The position numbers and the translations under genes were made by a program. A DNA stretch of 64,000 bases, from NCBI GenBank assembly GCA_963674825.1, contig OY771587.1, forward strand, positions 1,024,001 to 1,088,000. Direction: 5' to 3'. Every line of letters begins with the position of its first letter. Position 1 is the stretch's first letter. Below are positions 18,215 to 28,143 of the stretch, in pieces. The notes beneath the pieces were generated by a model. That model was not told the DNA's origin, ran no database searches, and worked only from the letters and a program-made list of their open reading frames with translations. Source of the stretch: Candidatus Cloacimonadales bacterium (GTDB lineage Bacteria > Cloacimonadota > Cloacimonadia > Cloacimonadales > JAIOQZ01).

Positions 18215-20236
18215 ATGAAATATTGTCTGATTTTATTCCTATTCATTCTGTCGATCGGCCTTTGGGCACAAGAATTATCCGAGATGCGCGTCGTAGGAAG
18301 CGCCAGTCAACTGACCAGCGAGATGGTCAGCCACAGCATCACCGATGCTAATGGCGAGGTCTGTGCTGGGGTCGTGATTGTCTCCGACCTAAGCGGACTC
18401 ACTTTCGACTCTTACAATGGCATCGTGAAGGTGGATCAATCCAAGCCGGGTGAAAGCACGCTCTATGTATCACCCGGTGAACGCGTCGTGCAGGTTTATA
18501 AGACAGGATTCAAGCCGCTCAAGATCATGCTTTACGATTCCGGTATCCGCACATTGGAGAGCGGCCAGGTTTGGAAACTCGAGATCACCGGCACTGTGAA
18601 ATTAGACATGATCCCGATCGTCGTCAACACAAGTCCAGCTGGCGCGGCCATTTTCATCGACGACGTAAGCATGGGAACCGGAACGACTCACAAGGTGGTT
18701 CCCGGCAAGCATACACTGCGTGTTGAAATGCAGGGTTACAGTTCTGTCACGAAGCAGATCGACGTCGATGAAAACCACATACTGTACAACATCGACCTGC
18801 GGGAAATTTCGCAGCAGATCGTCACCATCAAATCGACGCCACCCGGCGCGACCATCTTTGTCAACAATATGCAGGAAGGGCAAACGGACAAGCAGTTGCT
18901 GCGTTATCCCGGCATCTACGATCTTCGCCTGATGCTCGAGCGCTACCGCACCGTGGAAGAGAAGATCACCGTCACTGAAAACGGTGGAAATATGTTCAGC
19001 TTCAATCTCGAGAAGCTTTCCGCTACGTTAACTGTACAAGTCGAACCCACCGACGCAGAAATCTACCTCAACTCCCGCAAGCTCGAAAGCAACGTCGAGG
19101 AAATTTCTCCCGGTATGCACAAGCTGGAAGTACGGCACCCGTCCTATGAATCCGAAACGCGTACCATCACCGCGCCCAAGGGGCAGGACATCGTAGAGAA
19201 GTTCACCCTGAAGCCAAAGCTCGGACGATTCGTCATTGTGGTTGATCCTATGGACGCATCTGTCATCATGACCCAGGGAGCGAAGATAGTCAACACGTGG
19301 ACAGGTTCACGTGAATTCGATGAGATACTCACCGGTGAATATCAGCTTGAAATCTCCAAGCAGGGATACAAGACGCAGACCCTCCTCGTGCGGATTGAAG
19401 AAGGTCAGACCAAATCGATGTCGGCAACGCTGGAGCTCGGGCAATCGACTCAGAAACCAACACCAGCAAAAACAACACCAACCGCTTCAACGATACCTGT
19501 TACCGTAGGCGGCATGGCTCTGGTCCAGGGCGGAACATTCATGATGGGCGATCAGAACGGCGGCGGAGAACGAAACGAGTTACCCGTGCATGAGGAAACG
19601 GTAAAGAGCTTCTACATAGGGAAATACGAGGTTACCCAAAAAGAATGGATGGACGTGATGGGCGTCAATAAATCGCGCGTAAAGGGTGACCAGAATCCTG
19701 TTACCAATATTACATTTTACGAAATGCTCGAGTATTGCAATAAATTAAGCGAAAAGCAAGGCTACAAGCCGGTTTATACCATCAATGGAACTAAGATCGA
19801 AGTGGATATGGAAGCCAATGGCTACCGCCTGCCCACTGAAGTCGAATGGGAATACGCCTGCAAAGGCGGTGTAAATGGGCAAAACACCAAATACTCTGGA
19901 AGCGACGACATTCTATCGGTAGCCTGGTACTCCGGAAATTCGAAGCGCACGTCTCATCCAGTGGGGCAGCTAAAGCCAAATGAACTTGGTATTTACGACA
20001 TGAATGGAAATGCCTGGGAAGCCTGCTATGACTGGTGGGATCCCGGCCATTACGCCGACCGGAAAAAAAATCCGGACAAATATCCATTGGGGCCGACACG
20101 TGGCAGCCGTAAGGTGCGTCGTGGTGGTGGATACAGCGATCGAGAAGCAGGTTGCACCGTCAGCTACCGGCACCAGTTCCGTCCCAACGCGCCCAGCAAC
20201 ATTGTCGGACTGCGCCTGGCCAGAAACGCTCAATAG
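18215..20236 (+). CDS. Secreted PEGA-repeat protein with C-terminal FGE-sulfatase (SUMF1) domain
   Basis: TSPAGA/STPPGA PEGA repeats; GGTFMMG, YEVTQ, YRLPTEVEWEYA, GIYDMNGN, RGG. Confidence 0.9.
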   Translation: MKYCLILFLFILSIGLWAQELSEMRVVGSASQLTSEMVSHSITDANGEVCAGVVIVSDLSGLTFDSYNGIVKVDQSKPGESTLYVSPGERVVQVYKTGFKPLKIMLYDSGIRTLESGQVWKLEITGTVKLDMIPIVVNTSPAGAAIFIDDVSMGTGTTHKVVPGKHTLRVEMQGYSSVTKQIDVDENHILYNIDLREISQQIVTIKSTPPGATIFVNNMQEGQTDKQLLRYPGIYDLRLMLERYRTVEEKITVTENGGNMFSFNLEKLSATLTVQVEPTDAEIYLNSRKLESNVEEISPGMHKLEVRHPSYESETRTITAPKGQDIVEKFTLKPKLGRFVIVVDPMDASVIMTQGAKIVNTWTGSREFDEILTGEYQLEISKQGYKTQTLLVRIEEGQTKSMSATLELGQSTQKPTPAKTTPTASTIPVTVGGMALVQGGTFMMGDQNGGGERNELPVHEETVKSFYIGKYEVTQKEWMDVMGVNKSRVKGDQNPVTNITFYEMLEYCNKLSEKQGYKPVYTINGTKIEVDMEANGYRLPTEVEWEYACKGGVNGQNTKYSGSDDILSVAWYSGNSKRTSHPVGQLKPNELGIYDMNGNAWEACYDWWDPGHYADRKKNPDKYPLGPTRGSRKVRRGGGYSDREAGCTVSYRHQFRPNAPSNIVGLRLARNAQ

Positions 20237-20244
20237 AGGTTTTC

Positions 20245-22068
20245 ATGAAAAAGATACTGCTGCTCGCGCTTGCAACCCTGCCGCTCCTGCTCGTGGCTCA
20301 AACGATACAAGAGATCAAGAGCGGTGACTACTACTGGGGAGAAGCGATGCTGGAAAACGAGCAACTCGCATCGGACGCAGCACTGCATCAGCTCCTGAAC
20401 CAGATCTCGATGCGTATTGTATCATCCTACGAAGGCAAACTGAAAGAGACCGATGCCGGCGTGGAAGAGTCGGTCGAGTCGATTGTCCAGACCCACTCAA
20501 CCGCGACCTTGCGCAATGTGAAGACCATCCGCACTTCCCTCCCCGAAGGCATCTACGTCATGCACTACATCCAGCGTAACGAAGTTCAGCGCATTTGGGA
20601 CAACCGCAAGAAACTCATCTATGATATCTACAAGCAAGCGCAGGAAATGGAAGAGACCGGTAACCTCGGAAACGCCCTGAAATGGTACTACTTCTCCGCC
20701 ATCCTGATCAATTCGCTGCCCGACGAAACCGCAGAATATAACGGTATCAATTTCAGCTTGGAAGTCCCGGCACGCATCAATGCAATCCTGCTGGGTGTTC
20801 GGTATCGATTTGATTCTGAACAGCTTTACACCGATAACGAACGCATCATCGACCTCGATGTCAGTTATAACGATAAGCCGGTTTCCTACATCGAATTCAG
20901 CTTCTGGGACGGATACGACAACATCCGAGTTACCGGCAAGGACGGGCTCGCGACCGTTCATCTCCTCGGAGCAAGCAAGGACTTCGATAAACTCGATATC
21001 GAAACGCGCTATAACTTCGACGAATGCCGCAACGAATATAAAACTGTCAATGAACTATGGGACCTTGTCTGCAAGCCATCCTTCAAAAATCGCAAGAGCA
21101 TTCGTCTGGAAAAACCGGGTAAGGAAAAACCCAAGGCTATCGCAACAAAGACACAAAAAGCGGAGGCAACCGGTTCGCTCAACATTGTGTTGGAAAAAAG
21201 CAATGAATGCCCGGTGCATGAAGCAATTCAGACTCAGACGAACGACGTGATTCCGCTTTTCAACCGGAAAGACACCGCGCAGATCGAAAAATTCTTCCCT
21301 GGTGATTCCTTCCTGCAGGAGAAATTCCGGCGTATCATGAAGTTCAACCAGCCGATGGTCGTCCACGATGAATTCCACGCAGACATCAACCCCACCGCCA
21401 CAGGGTGGGAAACGCGTAAGTTTACCGTGCTGAACGAATATCCGACTCTTAAAAAGCAGGTTACGGAGCACCTGGTGTACGATTTTGACGATGAAGGGAA
21501 CATGCAGGATCTGAACTACAGCATCCTCGACGACCTCTATCAGGACTTCGTGGAGAAAAGCAAAGTGGTGGATGATTGGAAGCAGCGGCAGGTGATCATC
21601 AAGTTTGTGGAAAAATACCGCACTGCCTACATGAATCGCGATGAAGAGCTCCTGGATTCGATCTTTTCCGACGACGCCATTATCATCATCGGCAGGCTCA
21701 TGGACAAATCGGAAAAAACGCGAGATTACCATTATGACAAGCTTAACGACGAACAACCCGATGTGGAATATATCCGGCTTACCAAAGAACAATACATGCA
21801 GCGGCAAAAAGAGACCTTTAAGCGACAACAGGATATCTACCTGGGATTCTCGACGTTTCGCATCACGAGAAAAAATAATCTTGAAGGCGTCTATGGCGTC
21901 AGCATGCGGCAGCACTACAACTCCACTGGCTATTCCGATGAAGGCTACCTGTTTCTGCTGATCGATTTCAACGACGAGCAGCCGAAAATCTACGTCCGCT
22001 CATGGCAACCGCAGGAGTGGGAAGAAGAGAAACTGGTGCAGCTCTCCAATTTCAGAATCCATAAGTAA
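20245..22068 (+). CDS. Secreted protein with LPP20-like N-terminal domain
   Basis: Signal peptide; YYWGEA...ALHQLLNQIS pattern; GAGG RBS. Confidence 0.7.
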   Translation: MKKILLLALATLPLLLVAQTIQEIKSGDYYWGEAMLENEQLASDAALHQLLNQISMRIVSSYEGKLKETDAGVEESVESIVQTHSTATLRNVKTIRTSLPEGIYVMHYIQRNEVQRIWDNRKKLIYDIYKQAQEMEETGNLGNALKWYYFSAILINSLPDETAEYNGINFSLEVPARINAILLGVRYRFDSEQLYTDNERIIDLDVSYNDKPVSYIEFSFWDGYDNIRVTGKDGLATVHLLGASKDFDKLDIETRYNFDECRNEYKTVNELWDLVCKPSFKNRKSIRLEKPGKEKPKAIATKTQKAEATGSLNIVLEKSNECPVHEAIQTQTNDVIPLFNRKDTAQIEKFFPGDSFLQEKFRRIMKFNQPMVVHDEFHADINPTATGWETRKFTVLNEYPTLKKQVTEHLVYDFDDEGNMQDLNYSILDDLYQDFVEKSKVVDDWKQRQVIIKFVEKYRTAYMNRDEELLDSIFSDDAIIIIGRLMDKSEKTRDYHYDKLNDEQPDVEYIRLTKEQYMQRQKETFKRQQDIYLGFSTFRITRKNNLEGVYGVSMRQHYNSTGYSDEGYLFLLIDFNDEQPKIYVRSWQPQEWEEEKLVQLSNFRIHK

Positions 22069-22088
22069 AACGTTTGTCAGTTTAAGAT

Positions 22089-22205
22089 GGAGTCGAAGGA
22101 TCAAGCGAGTAACATTTCCCTTTGTGTCATCCTGAGCGGAGTCGAAGGATCAAGCGAGTAACATTTCCCTTTGTGTCATCCTGAGCGGAGTCGAAGGATC
22201 AAGCG
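22089..22205. repeat. Exact 49-bp tandem repeat (2.4 copies) containing a TGTCATCCTGAGCGGAGTCGAAGGAT REP-like unit
   Basis: Units start at 22089, 22138, 22187; between convergent genes. Confidence 0.92.
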
Positions 22206-23309
22206 CTACCGTAATTGTTCGATCAGTAACCGCATAGCTTCCGATTCCGCCTTCGATGCCGCATCGTCGATCGACACCGCAGAAAAAGCTTCCACATCGT
22301 CTGTTGTCCACTGCTTCAGAGCATTCCCGTTAGGATCCGCCAGGACAAGTATCGCGCGCACAACGGCCACATACCCATCGAAACGTTCCATCTTGCGTTG
22401 CTCTTTCCGAACCAGTTCCAGCCGCACCAAATGCGTCCTGGAATCCGCCGATTTTGCAGTCTGGATTCCCATCTTACGGAAGTAATCACGAATAGCCGGT
22501 GGAAATTCACCTTCCGCAACGAAGTCGGCCTTCGCATTGCTGATTCGGCTCACCGTCAGTTCCCCCGATGTGTCGCGAATCAGAGCCTGATACGAGTCGT
22601 CCAGCAGAAGCCGGTATTCGATGCTCGCTTCTTCAGGTAGCGAAACATACCCGTTTCCATCCGATTCCACGCGAACGCCGTTCACCATGAACGCAATACC
22701 GTTCATCGGCAGGATATCCCCATTCTCCGCGCGATAGTAGATCCGTAAGCCTGCATCCAGCGTTTCACCCTCGGGAAGAACGATCGATTGCGGCCTGGAA
22801 ATTGTAACACGATCAAAGAAGTCTGTAACGGATTGAAGAAGACTGTCAGCCACATCGGATTGCCCAAAATAGATCGTCGTCGCCTGCTCCAGTGCCTGTA
22901 GATAGGCGTTCATTGCGATGGAAGGCCTGTCCCGGTTCTCCTTGGCCTGTTCAAGCTGAGACTTTAGCTTCTCGATCTTGGGTAAGGCCTGCTTCTTTAA
23001 CGTTGTGACAATCACCTCGCGATTTGCGGTGATCACCATTTCATCGGAACGTGTGCCCGGATAAATCGTCAGCGGGATATCACCGAGATCGATGATAGGA
23101 TTGCTGGGGATACCGATGGTTTCAAGGTAAGATATTGCGGATTGTTTCAGGTAGTATCGCAGCGCAGATTCGGCCCTCCCCTGTCGAAGTAAAGGGTTGC
23201 GCTCGAAGATTGAAATGCGGATGGAATCAGGCGTAGAGCGGTCGACATAGTCCTGCGAAAAGGCCGCACAGGCCAGAAGCAGAAGCAGGATTACAACGGC
23301 AGGCTTCAT
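22206..23309 (-). CDS. Secreted hypothetical protein
   Basis: 367-aa ORF, signal peptide, ATGA overlap with upstream gene. Confidence 0.8.
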   Translation of the reverse strand: MKPAVVILLLLLACAAFSQDYVDRSTPDSIRISIFERNPLLRQGRAESALRYYLKQSAISYLETIGIPSNPIIDLGDIPLTIYPGTRSDEMVITANREVIVTTLKKQALPKIEKLKSQLEQAKENRDRPSIAMNAYLQALEQATTIYFGQSDVADSLLQSVTDFFDRVTISRPQSIVLPEGETLDAGLRIYYRAENGDILPMNGIAFMVNGVRVESDGNGYVSLPEEASIEYRLLLDDSYQALIRDTSGELTVSRISNAKADFVAEGEFPPAIRDYFRKMGIQTAKSADSRTHLVRLELVRKEQRKMERFDGYVAVVRAILVLADPNGNALKQWTTDDVEAFSAVSIDDAASKAESEAMRLLIEQLR

Positions 23310-25498
23310 GACAGGTTTAGCGAGAAACGCTCCGAAAGGACATCCGAGACATACTCGACCGGCTTTTCGATGATCCCTTCCTGGTGATCGCTGTAATTGA
23401 ACACGCCGTCTTCGAGCTTGATCATGATCACGTCGTTGAGGCTCTGGTAACTGTCGTCGAGGTTACCGGAAATCTTGTGTATGGTGAGGGTATCGCCATC
23501 GGCAAGCCGCACGAATTCGGTGTTCATCAGCGATTGGATGTATTCGCGCTGCTCCGGGTCATCCAGAATATCCTGATCGAGCACCTTCTGTAGCCGGAAA
23601 ATATGGCTGTTGCTACTCTTCTTGAGAGAAACCAGCATTTCGCTTCCGATATCGAAATAGTTTACCTCGTCGAGGCTTACGCTGGTGATTTTTGCCTTGT
23701 CGCCATTGATGAAGGTACCGTTGGTGCTTTCGAGGTCGCGCATGGTCTTTTGCGTGAAATCGATCTCGAGATGATTACCGGAAATCCACTCGCTGCGCAG
23801 GATGATGTCGTTGTCCTCGTTGCGCCCGATCTTGAGCGTGTCCTGCGTGAAAACCACGTAGTTGCGCATGCTGAATTTATCGAGAATGACCATCCGAAGC
23901 GGCGTTGTCTGTCGTACTTCCTGGTAGGTCACGCTACGTTTGAGCCGGTTCGCGGTTCGGCGGAACTCATCCAGTTCGGGTGTGCGGAATTGCCCTTCGT
24001 GGTTTGCCGCTTTCTCGTATTGCTGCACGAGCCGCTCGAAATCGGTCTGGGTATCGTCGCCTTTTTCCAATCGGTCAAGTCGTTCCTGTAGCTTGCGGAG
24101 CTCCCGCAGGCGTTCGATAAGTGTTTTTTTCTTCTTCTGTAGCTCCTCGATCCGCTCCACATCACCAATCTTCATCATGAAGTCAAGCACCTCATCGAAG
24201 GCTTCGATGACCTCTCTATCGGTGGTCGCGGTCTCGAGACGATCCTGCAAGCGGCTCTCGAAGTAGCGATCGAGATCCTGCCGGATCTGGTCGCGCATCT
24301 CGGAAAGCTTGTCCTTGAGATAACCGGAGAATGAGTCGTCGTCCAGCTTTTCAGTGAGATGCTGGTGGAATCGGATCATGTCGAGGGTCTTTTCGTCCCC
24401 GTCATCGGCGTTAATCATGCGGTTGAACACCTGATAGTACTCCATCAAGTCGCGGCGATAGACATTCGCCAGCACCTTCTCGAAACGTTTGGAGATGACG
24501 TTCAGGGGTGGCGTTAGATTCTTGATCTCGATATATTCAGTTTCGGCAAGTTTATGGAATCCACGGATCTGATGATAGAGCGCGATCAGCTTCTTGGTGT
24601 CCTTGATCTCCCTTGGTAACGAGAGGTATTTGTACATCTGAACAAGCTCGGGGTAATCCTCGTCGATAAACGAGCGGAAAGCGTCGAAGCTCTCCTTTTT
24701 CGCGATGAAATCCCGGTATCGCTGCGCATAGACGTATTGCCGCAGCGGCTGGTAGATTGTCTCGAATTCGCCGATGATGGCAATCAGCTTTCTGAGCGAT
24801 GGTTGCTCCTTACCTTCTTCCTCTTCGTAGCGCTTGCGAACGCAGAGAAACACCTCTTCGATCTTCCCGCGAAGGTAGTTCACCAGGTGATCCATGAGCC
24901 GTGGATTCTTTCGAAGTGAGCTCTCGTGAAGCTGGAAGATCCCTTTGATCCGCACCGCCACGGTGGGCGTAATGTCTTCCACCGGGGTATCCAGCAGCCG
25001 TTCGATGATATCCTTGACTTCGCCCTGTTGCATGTAGCGCCCCAGCATGTTGTGATAGCCGGAGGCGAGCTTGCGGTTGACTTCCGAAAGCGCTGAGATG
25101 GCCTGCTGGATGTCGGCAAGATGGTGATTTCTATTCGATTCGTCGTGGATGTTTTCTTCCAGGAAATCGAGGATGGAATTGACGTAGGATGTCTCCACCT
25201 TCTCCTTCAGGGAGAAGACGGTTTCATCCTTGAACCTGCCGTTTTCCATGCGAAATTCGCACCGATAGACGTTGAAAAGCGACGAGACGAGATAATCGAG
25301 CCGTTCCAGGCCGTCGTAGGCGTTGGCTGCGCTGTAATGTCGCTGCGCGGTATCCAGCCAGTCACGGTTGGTGGCGGCGGTGCCGATGAGCGAATTGAGC
25401 ACCCGCTTGGTGTTGTCCCAGCGATCGATGTGCGCGGCAACGTCTTGCTTCGCCTTCTTCCTCAGTTCCGATATCCGTAAAATCTGGTTTCGCATCAA
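23306..25498 (-). CDS. Large helical/coiled-coil protein with C-terminal FHA domain
   Basis: IGRNEDNDI...ISGNH...DLESTNGTFING. Confidence 0.85.
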   Translation of the reverse strand: MMRNQILRISELRKKAKQDVAAHIDRWDNTKRVLNSLIGTAATNRDWLDTAQRHYSAANAYDGLERLDYLVSSLFNVYRCEFRMENGRFKDETVFSLKEKVETSYVNSILDFLEENIHDESNRNHHLADIQQAISALSEVNRKLASGYHNMLGRYMQQGEVKDIIERLLDTPVEDITPTVAVRIKGIFQLHESSLRKNPRLMDHLVNYLRGKIEEVFLCVRKRYEEEEGKEQPSLRKLIAIIGEFETIYQPLRQYVYAQRYRDFIAKKESFDAFRSFIDEDYPELVQMYKYLSLPREIKDTKKLIALYHQIRGFHKLAETEYIEIKNLTPPLNVISKRFEKVLANVYRRDLMEYYQVFNRMINADDGDEKTLDMIRFHQHLTEKLDDDSFSGYLKDKLSEMRDQIRQDLDRYFESRLQDRLETATTDREVIEAFDEVLDFMMKIGDVERIEELQKKKKTLIERLRELRKLQERLDRLEKGDDTQTDFERLVQQYEKAANHEGQFRTPELDEFRRTANRLKRSVTYQEVRQTTPLRMVILDKFSMRNYVVFTQDTLKIGRNEDNDIILRSEWISGNHLEIDFTQKTMRDLESTNGTFINGDKAKITSVSLDEVNYFDIGSEMLVSLKKSSNSHIFRLQKVLDQDILDDPEQREYIQSLMNTEFVRLADGDTLTIHKISGNLDDSYQSLNDVIMIKLEDGVFNYSDHQEGIIEKPVEYVSDVLSERFSLNLS

Positions 25499-25513
25499 TT
25501 ATCTCCTCTATCC

Positions 25514-26158
25514 TTACAGGAAAAACTGCCATACGATAAACAGCACGTTCTCCAGCAGAAAGCCCATCGAGAGCCAACCCGCGTAATAACCTTTGGTCGC
25601 GCGATTCAAGATCATAAGCAGCAACAGCGTGACGCCGAGGTTCACCAGAAAGAACCAAAACGGTGGTCGCTGCACCTGATACAGGCTGAAATGCACCGTG
25701 TGCGCCACTTCGCCCGTCTCGATCCGGTCGATGGACAAATTGACCTCCACGCTATAGAAGCGCTTCAACATCCTCATGGATGTTTTGGAATCCACCGAGC
25801 CCAGGATCATCCATTTCGCCGGGGTGAAGACACCCATCTTCGGTGCGCTCTCATTGTCGAACGCCCGGTCCTGCTGCGAGAGATTCTCCTTGAATAGCGT
25901 CGGGAGGTTCTCACGGTCGATGAGTCGATAGACGCCATCGCGCGTAATCCTTTCCGCCAGAATATGGCTGAAACGCTCCTGTGATTTTCCACTGGCCTTC
26001 GCGATCGATACGGCGTCACCCGATGGAACCCTGGTTCGCATTTCATCGTAAAAGCGATCCACGGCATGTTCGATCAAGGTACATTCCGCTTCGTCAGCAA
26101 AAATAGCCCCGATCGACAGCACAATCAGCAGGATACAGCAAATTCTCTTCGTGTTCAT
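25514..26158 (-). CDS. CsgG/HfaB-like exported protein with two C-terminal TM helices
   Basis: Signal peptide; LIDRENL...E...G...A.WMILGSV...IETGEV pattern. Confidence 0.7.
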   Translation of the reverse strand: MNTKRICCILLIVLSIGAIFADEAECTLIEHAVDRFYDEMRTRVPSGDAVSIAKASGKSQERFSHILAERITRDGVYRLIDRENLPTLFKENLSQQDRAFDNESAPKMGVFTPAKWMILGSVDSKTSMRMLKRFYSVEVNLSIDRIETGEVAHTVHFSLYQVQRPPFWFFLVNLGVTLLLLMILNRATKGYYAGWLSMGFLLENVLFIVWQFFL

Positions 26159-26225
26159 AGATTATCTCTATTAAAGGATGCTCGGTTTCATGACCCTTGT
26201 CAAATCATTTATTAAGCAACATTCT

Positions 26226-27314
26226 CTATACCGTCAACAGCTTTGAACCATCGTGGCGGTGCAACGGCAACTTCTCAACGGTCGCTTCGCAGCCGGACAG
26301 CAAATCGTACAGGATATCCAACGCTGGGTACTCGGTGTAGAAGTGGCCGGCATCGATAATCGGCACCCGTGAATCCAGAAACGTGTGGTAGGTAAAATCC
26401 CCCGAAACAAACACATCCGCTCTTCCGACCGTCCGTGACAGCAGCGACGAGCCAGATCCACCGCACAGCGCGACCCGCTTTACCATAGTGTCCTTCGTTT
26501 TTCCAGCCTGCCAGAATCGAACAAACGGCGCTTCCAGCCGATCCTTGACCATCTGCGCGAACTCTCCCAGCGGCATGGCGTTATCGATCTCGCCGATGAG
26601 ACCCAAGCCGTAATTCGGGCTTTTCTGATGCTGCGGGTAGACGGCGTACACCGGCTCTTCATAGGGATGAGCCTTTTTCATCGCCTGGATCGCGGCATTC
26701 AGGTTGGTGGTGTCCGCGAAGAACTCGAATTTCAGCTCTTCCACCGTCTCCACCCTGCCAACCTTCCCGATCGTCGGATTCGCACCATTCAGCGGCTCGA
26801 AACGTCCCATCACGGGATACTCGTTGCCGCAACCACGGTAGTTTCCGATCCTGCCGGCGCCGGTAGCGTAAACAGCTTGCGCAACGTCCTCCATGCTGTC
26901 CATCGGCACATAGACAGCCACATGGAACAGGCTCGCACCCGATTCGGTTGAGATATAGCTTACATTTTTCACCCCAAGACGCTCCGCCAGCTTATGGTTC
27001 ACACCGTCCGGCGTAACATCCAGGTTGGTGTGAGCACTCAGAACGGCGATCTTGTTGCGGATAAGCTCCAGCAGAAAAGGATCGGTGACGTTGGAAAGCT
27101 TGCGGAAGATCAGCGGATGGTGCGACACGATCATGTCAGCGCCAATCTCCAGCGCGTAATCGAGCGTTGTCCGTGTAACGTCCAGCGCAACCAGTACCTT
27201 GCTCACCGGTTGATTCCAGTCGCCAACCTGCAAGCCAGGGTTGTCCCATTCATATGCAAGCGCGGTTGGCGCAAAACTATGTATCTTTTTTGCGATTTCG
27301 GTAACGGTAATCAT
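26226..27314 (-). CDS. NIF3-like dinuclear metal protein (DUF34) with PII-like insertion
   Basis: WDNPGLQVG, SHHP, HTNLD, HPYEEP, DAGHFYTE. Confidence 0.93.
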   Translation of the reverse strand: MITVTEIAKKIHSFAPTALAYEWDNPGLQVGDWNQPVSKVLVALDVTRTTLDYALEIGADMIVSHHPLIFRKLSNVTDPFLLELIRNKIAVLSAHTNLDVTPDGVNHKLAERLGVKNVSYISTESGASLFHVAVYVPMDSMEDVAQAVYATGAGRIGNYRGCGNEYPVMGRFEPLNGANPTIGKVGRVETVEELKFEFFADTTNLNAAIQAMKKAHPYEEPVYAVYPQHQKSPNYGLGLIGEIDNAMPLGEFAQMVKDRLEAPFVRFWQAGKTKDTMVKRVALCGGSGSSLLSRTVGRADVFVSGDFTYHTFLDSRVPIIDAGHFYTEYPALDILYDLLSGCEATVEKLPLHRHDGSKLLTV

Positions 27315-27317
27315 AAT

Positions 27318-28028
27318 TTATTCTCCGGTATTTCGTGCTATGATGGCAATGAACCGTGGCTTATCGGTCAGCTTATTCACCAGACGATCGAGCAGAAACC
27401 AGCAAGCGAATGGCTGCTTCTTGAGCAGGGTATTTACGCGGAAATGCGACAGATATTGATTGAAAAAGGTGATCATGCAGCCGTGCTTGAATCCGGCTTC
27501 AACGAACGCTTTGCGCAGGTTGCCTTTCGTCCAGGTATGCAAATGCGCATGGACAGGGGTCTTCTGATTGCAATGGATGCAGAGCGCGTACTGTATTTTC
27601 TCGCGATACGGTGTTGTAACTAGAACACTGCCTCCCGGCTTCAGGAACCGTCTCCATTCCGCGAGCGCATTTGCGGGGTGTTCAAGGTGCTCCAGCACTT
27701 CGTTGCAGACGATCCAGTCGAACCGTTCTTCCTCAAACGGTAGATTGTAGGCATCGCCTACCTTCGTCGTGACCGAAGGCTCCATTTCCCGGATGCGATC
27801 GAGATTCTTTTCGGAGAGGTCGATCGCGGTAGTGTCGAAGCCTCTGCGAGCCATCTCAATGGCAAACCAACCGCTGCCGGAGCCAATCTCCAGCACATTT
27901 TGTCCAAGTCCAGCCCGGCATAGATGGAAAACGGTTTCCCTCCGACGCTGCTCATCCGGCGAAACGAAATCCTCGTCGAAGTAGTCGAATAATTCGGCGT
28001 CTTTCTTGTAATGTTCGATATGATCCAT
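27318..28028 (-). CDS. Class I SAM-dependent methyltransferase
   Basis: LEIGSGSG, EVLEHL, LKPGG. Confidence 0.9.
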   Translation of the reverse strand: MDHIEHYKKDAELFDYFDEDFVSPDEQRRRETVFHLCRAGLGQNVLEIGSGSGWFAIEMARRGFDTTAIDLSEKNLDRIREMEPSVTTKVGDAYNLPFEEERFDWIVCNEVLEHLEHPANALAEWRRFLKPGGSVLVTTPYREKIQYALCIHCNQKTPVHAHLHTWTKGNLRKAFVEAGFKHGCMITFFNQYLSHFRVNTLLKKQPFACWFLLDRLVNKLTDKPRFIAIIARNTGE

Positions 28029-28143
28029 TGCTGCTCCCTATTTCAGGTTCATTCAATATTCCATTTGATCAGAAATGCAAATCCTTGACAAGAAGAAATC
28101 ACCCGAAGATGTTTCCTCATCACGAGTTTTAAGGAGAATCGCT

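Noticed and set aside
20100..20236. Diversity-generating retroelement variable region
   Set aside because: No reverse transcriptase, avd or template repeat in the window; a remote DGR cannot be excluded
22089..22205. CRISPR array
   Set aside because: Units are identical throughout, so there are no unique spacers
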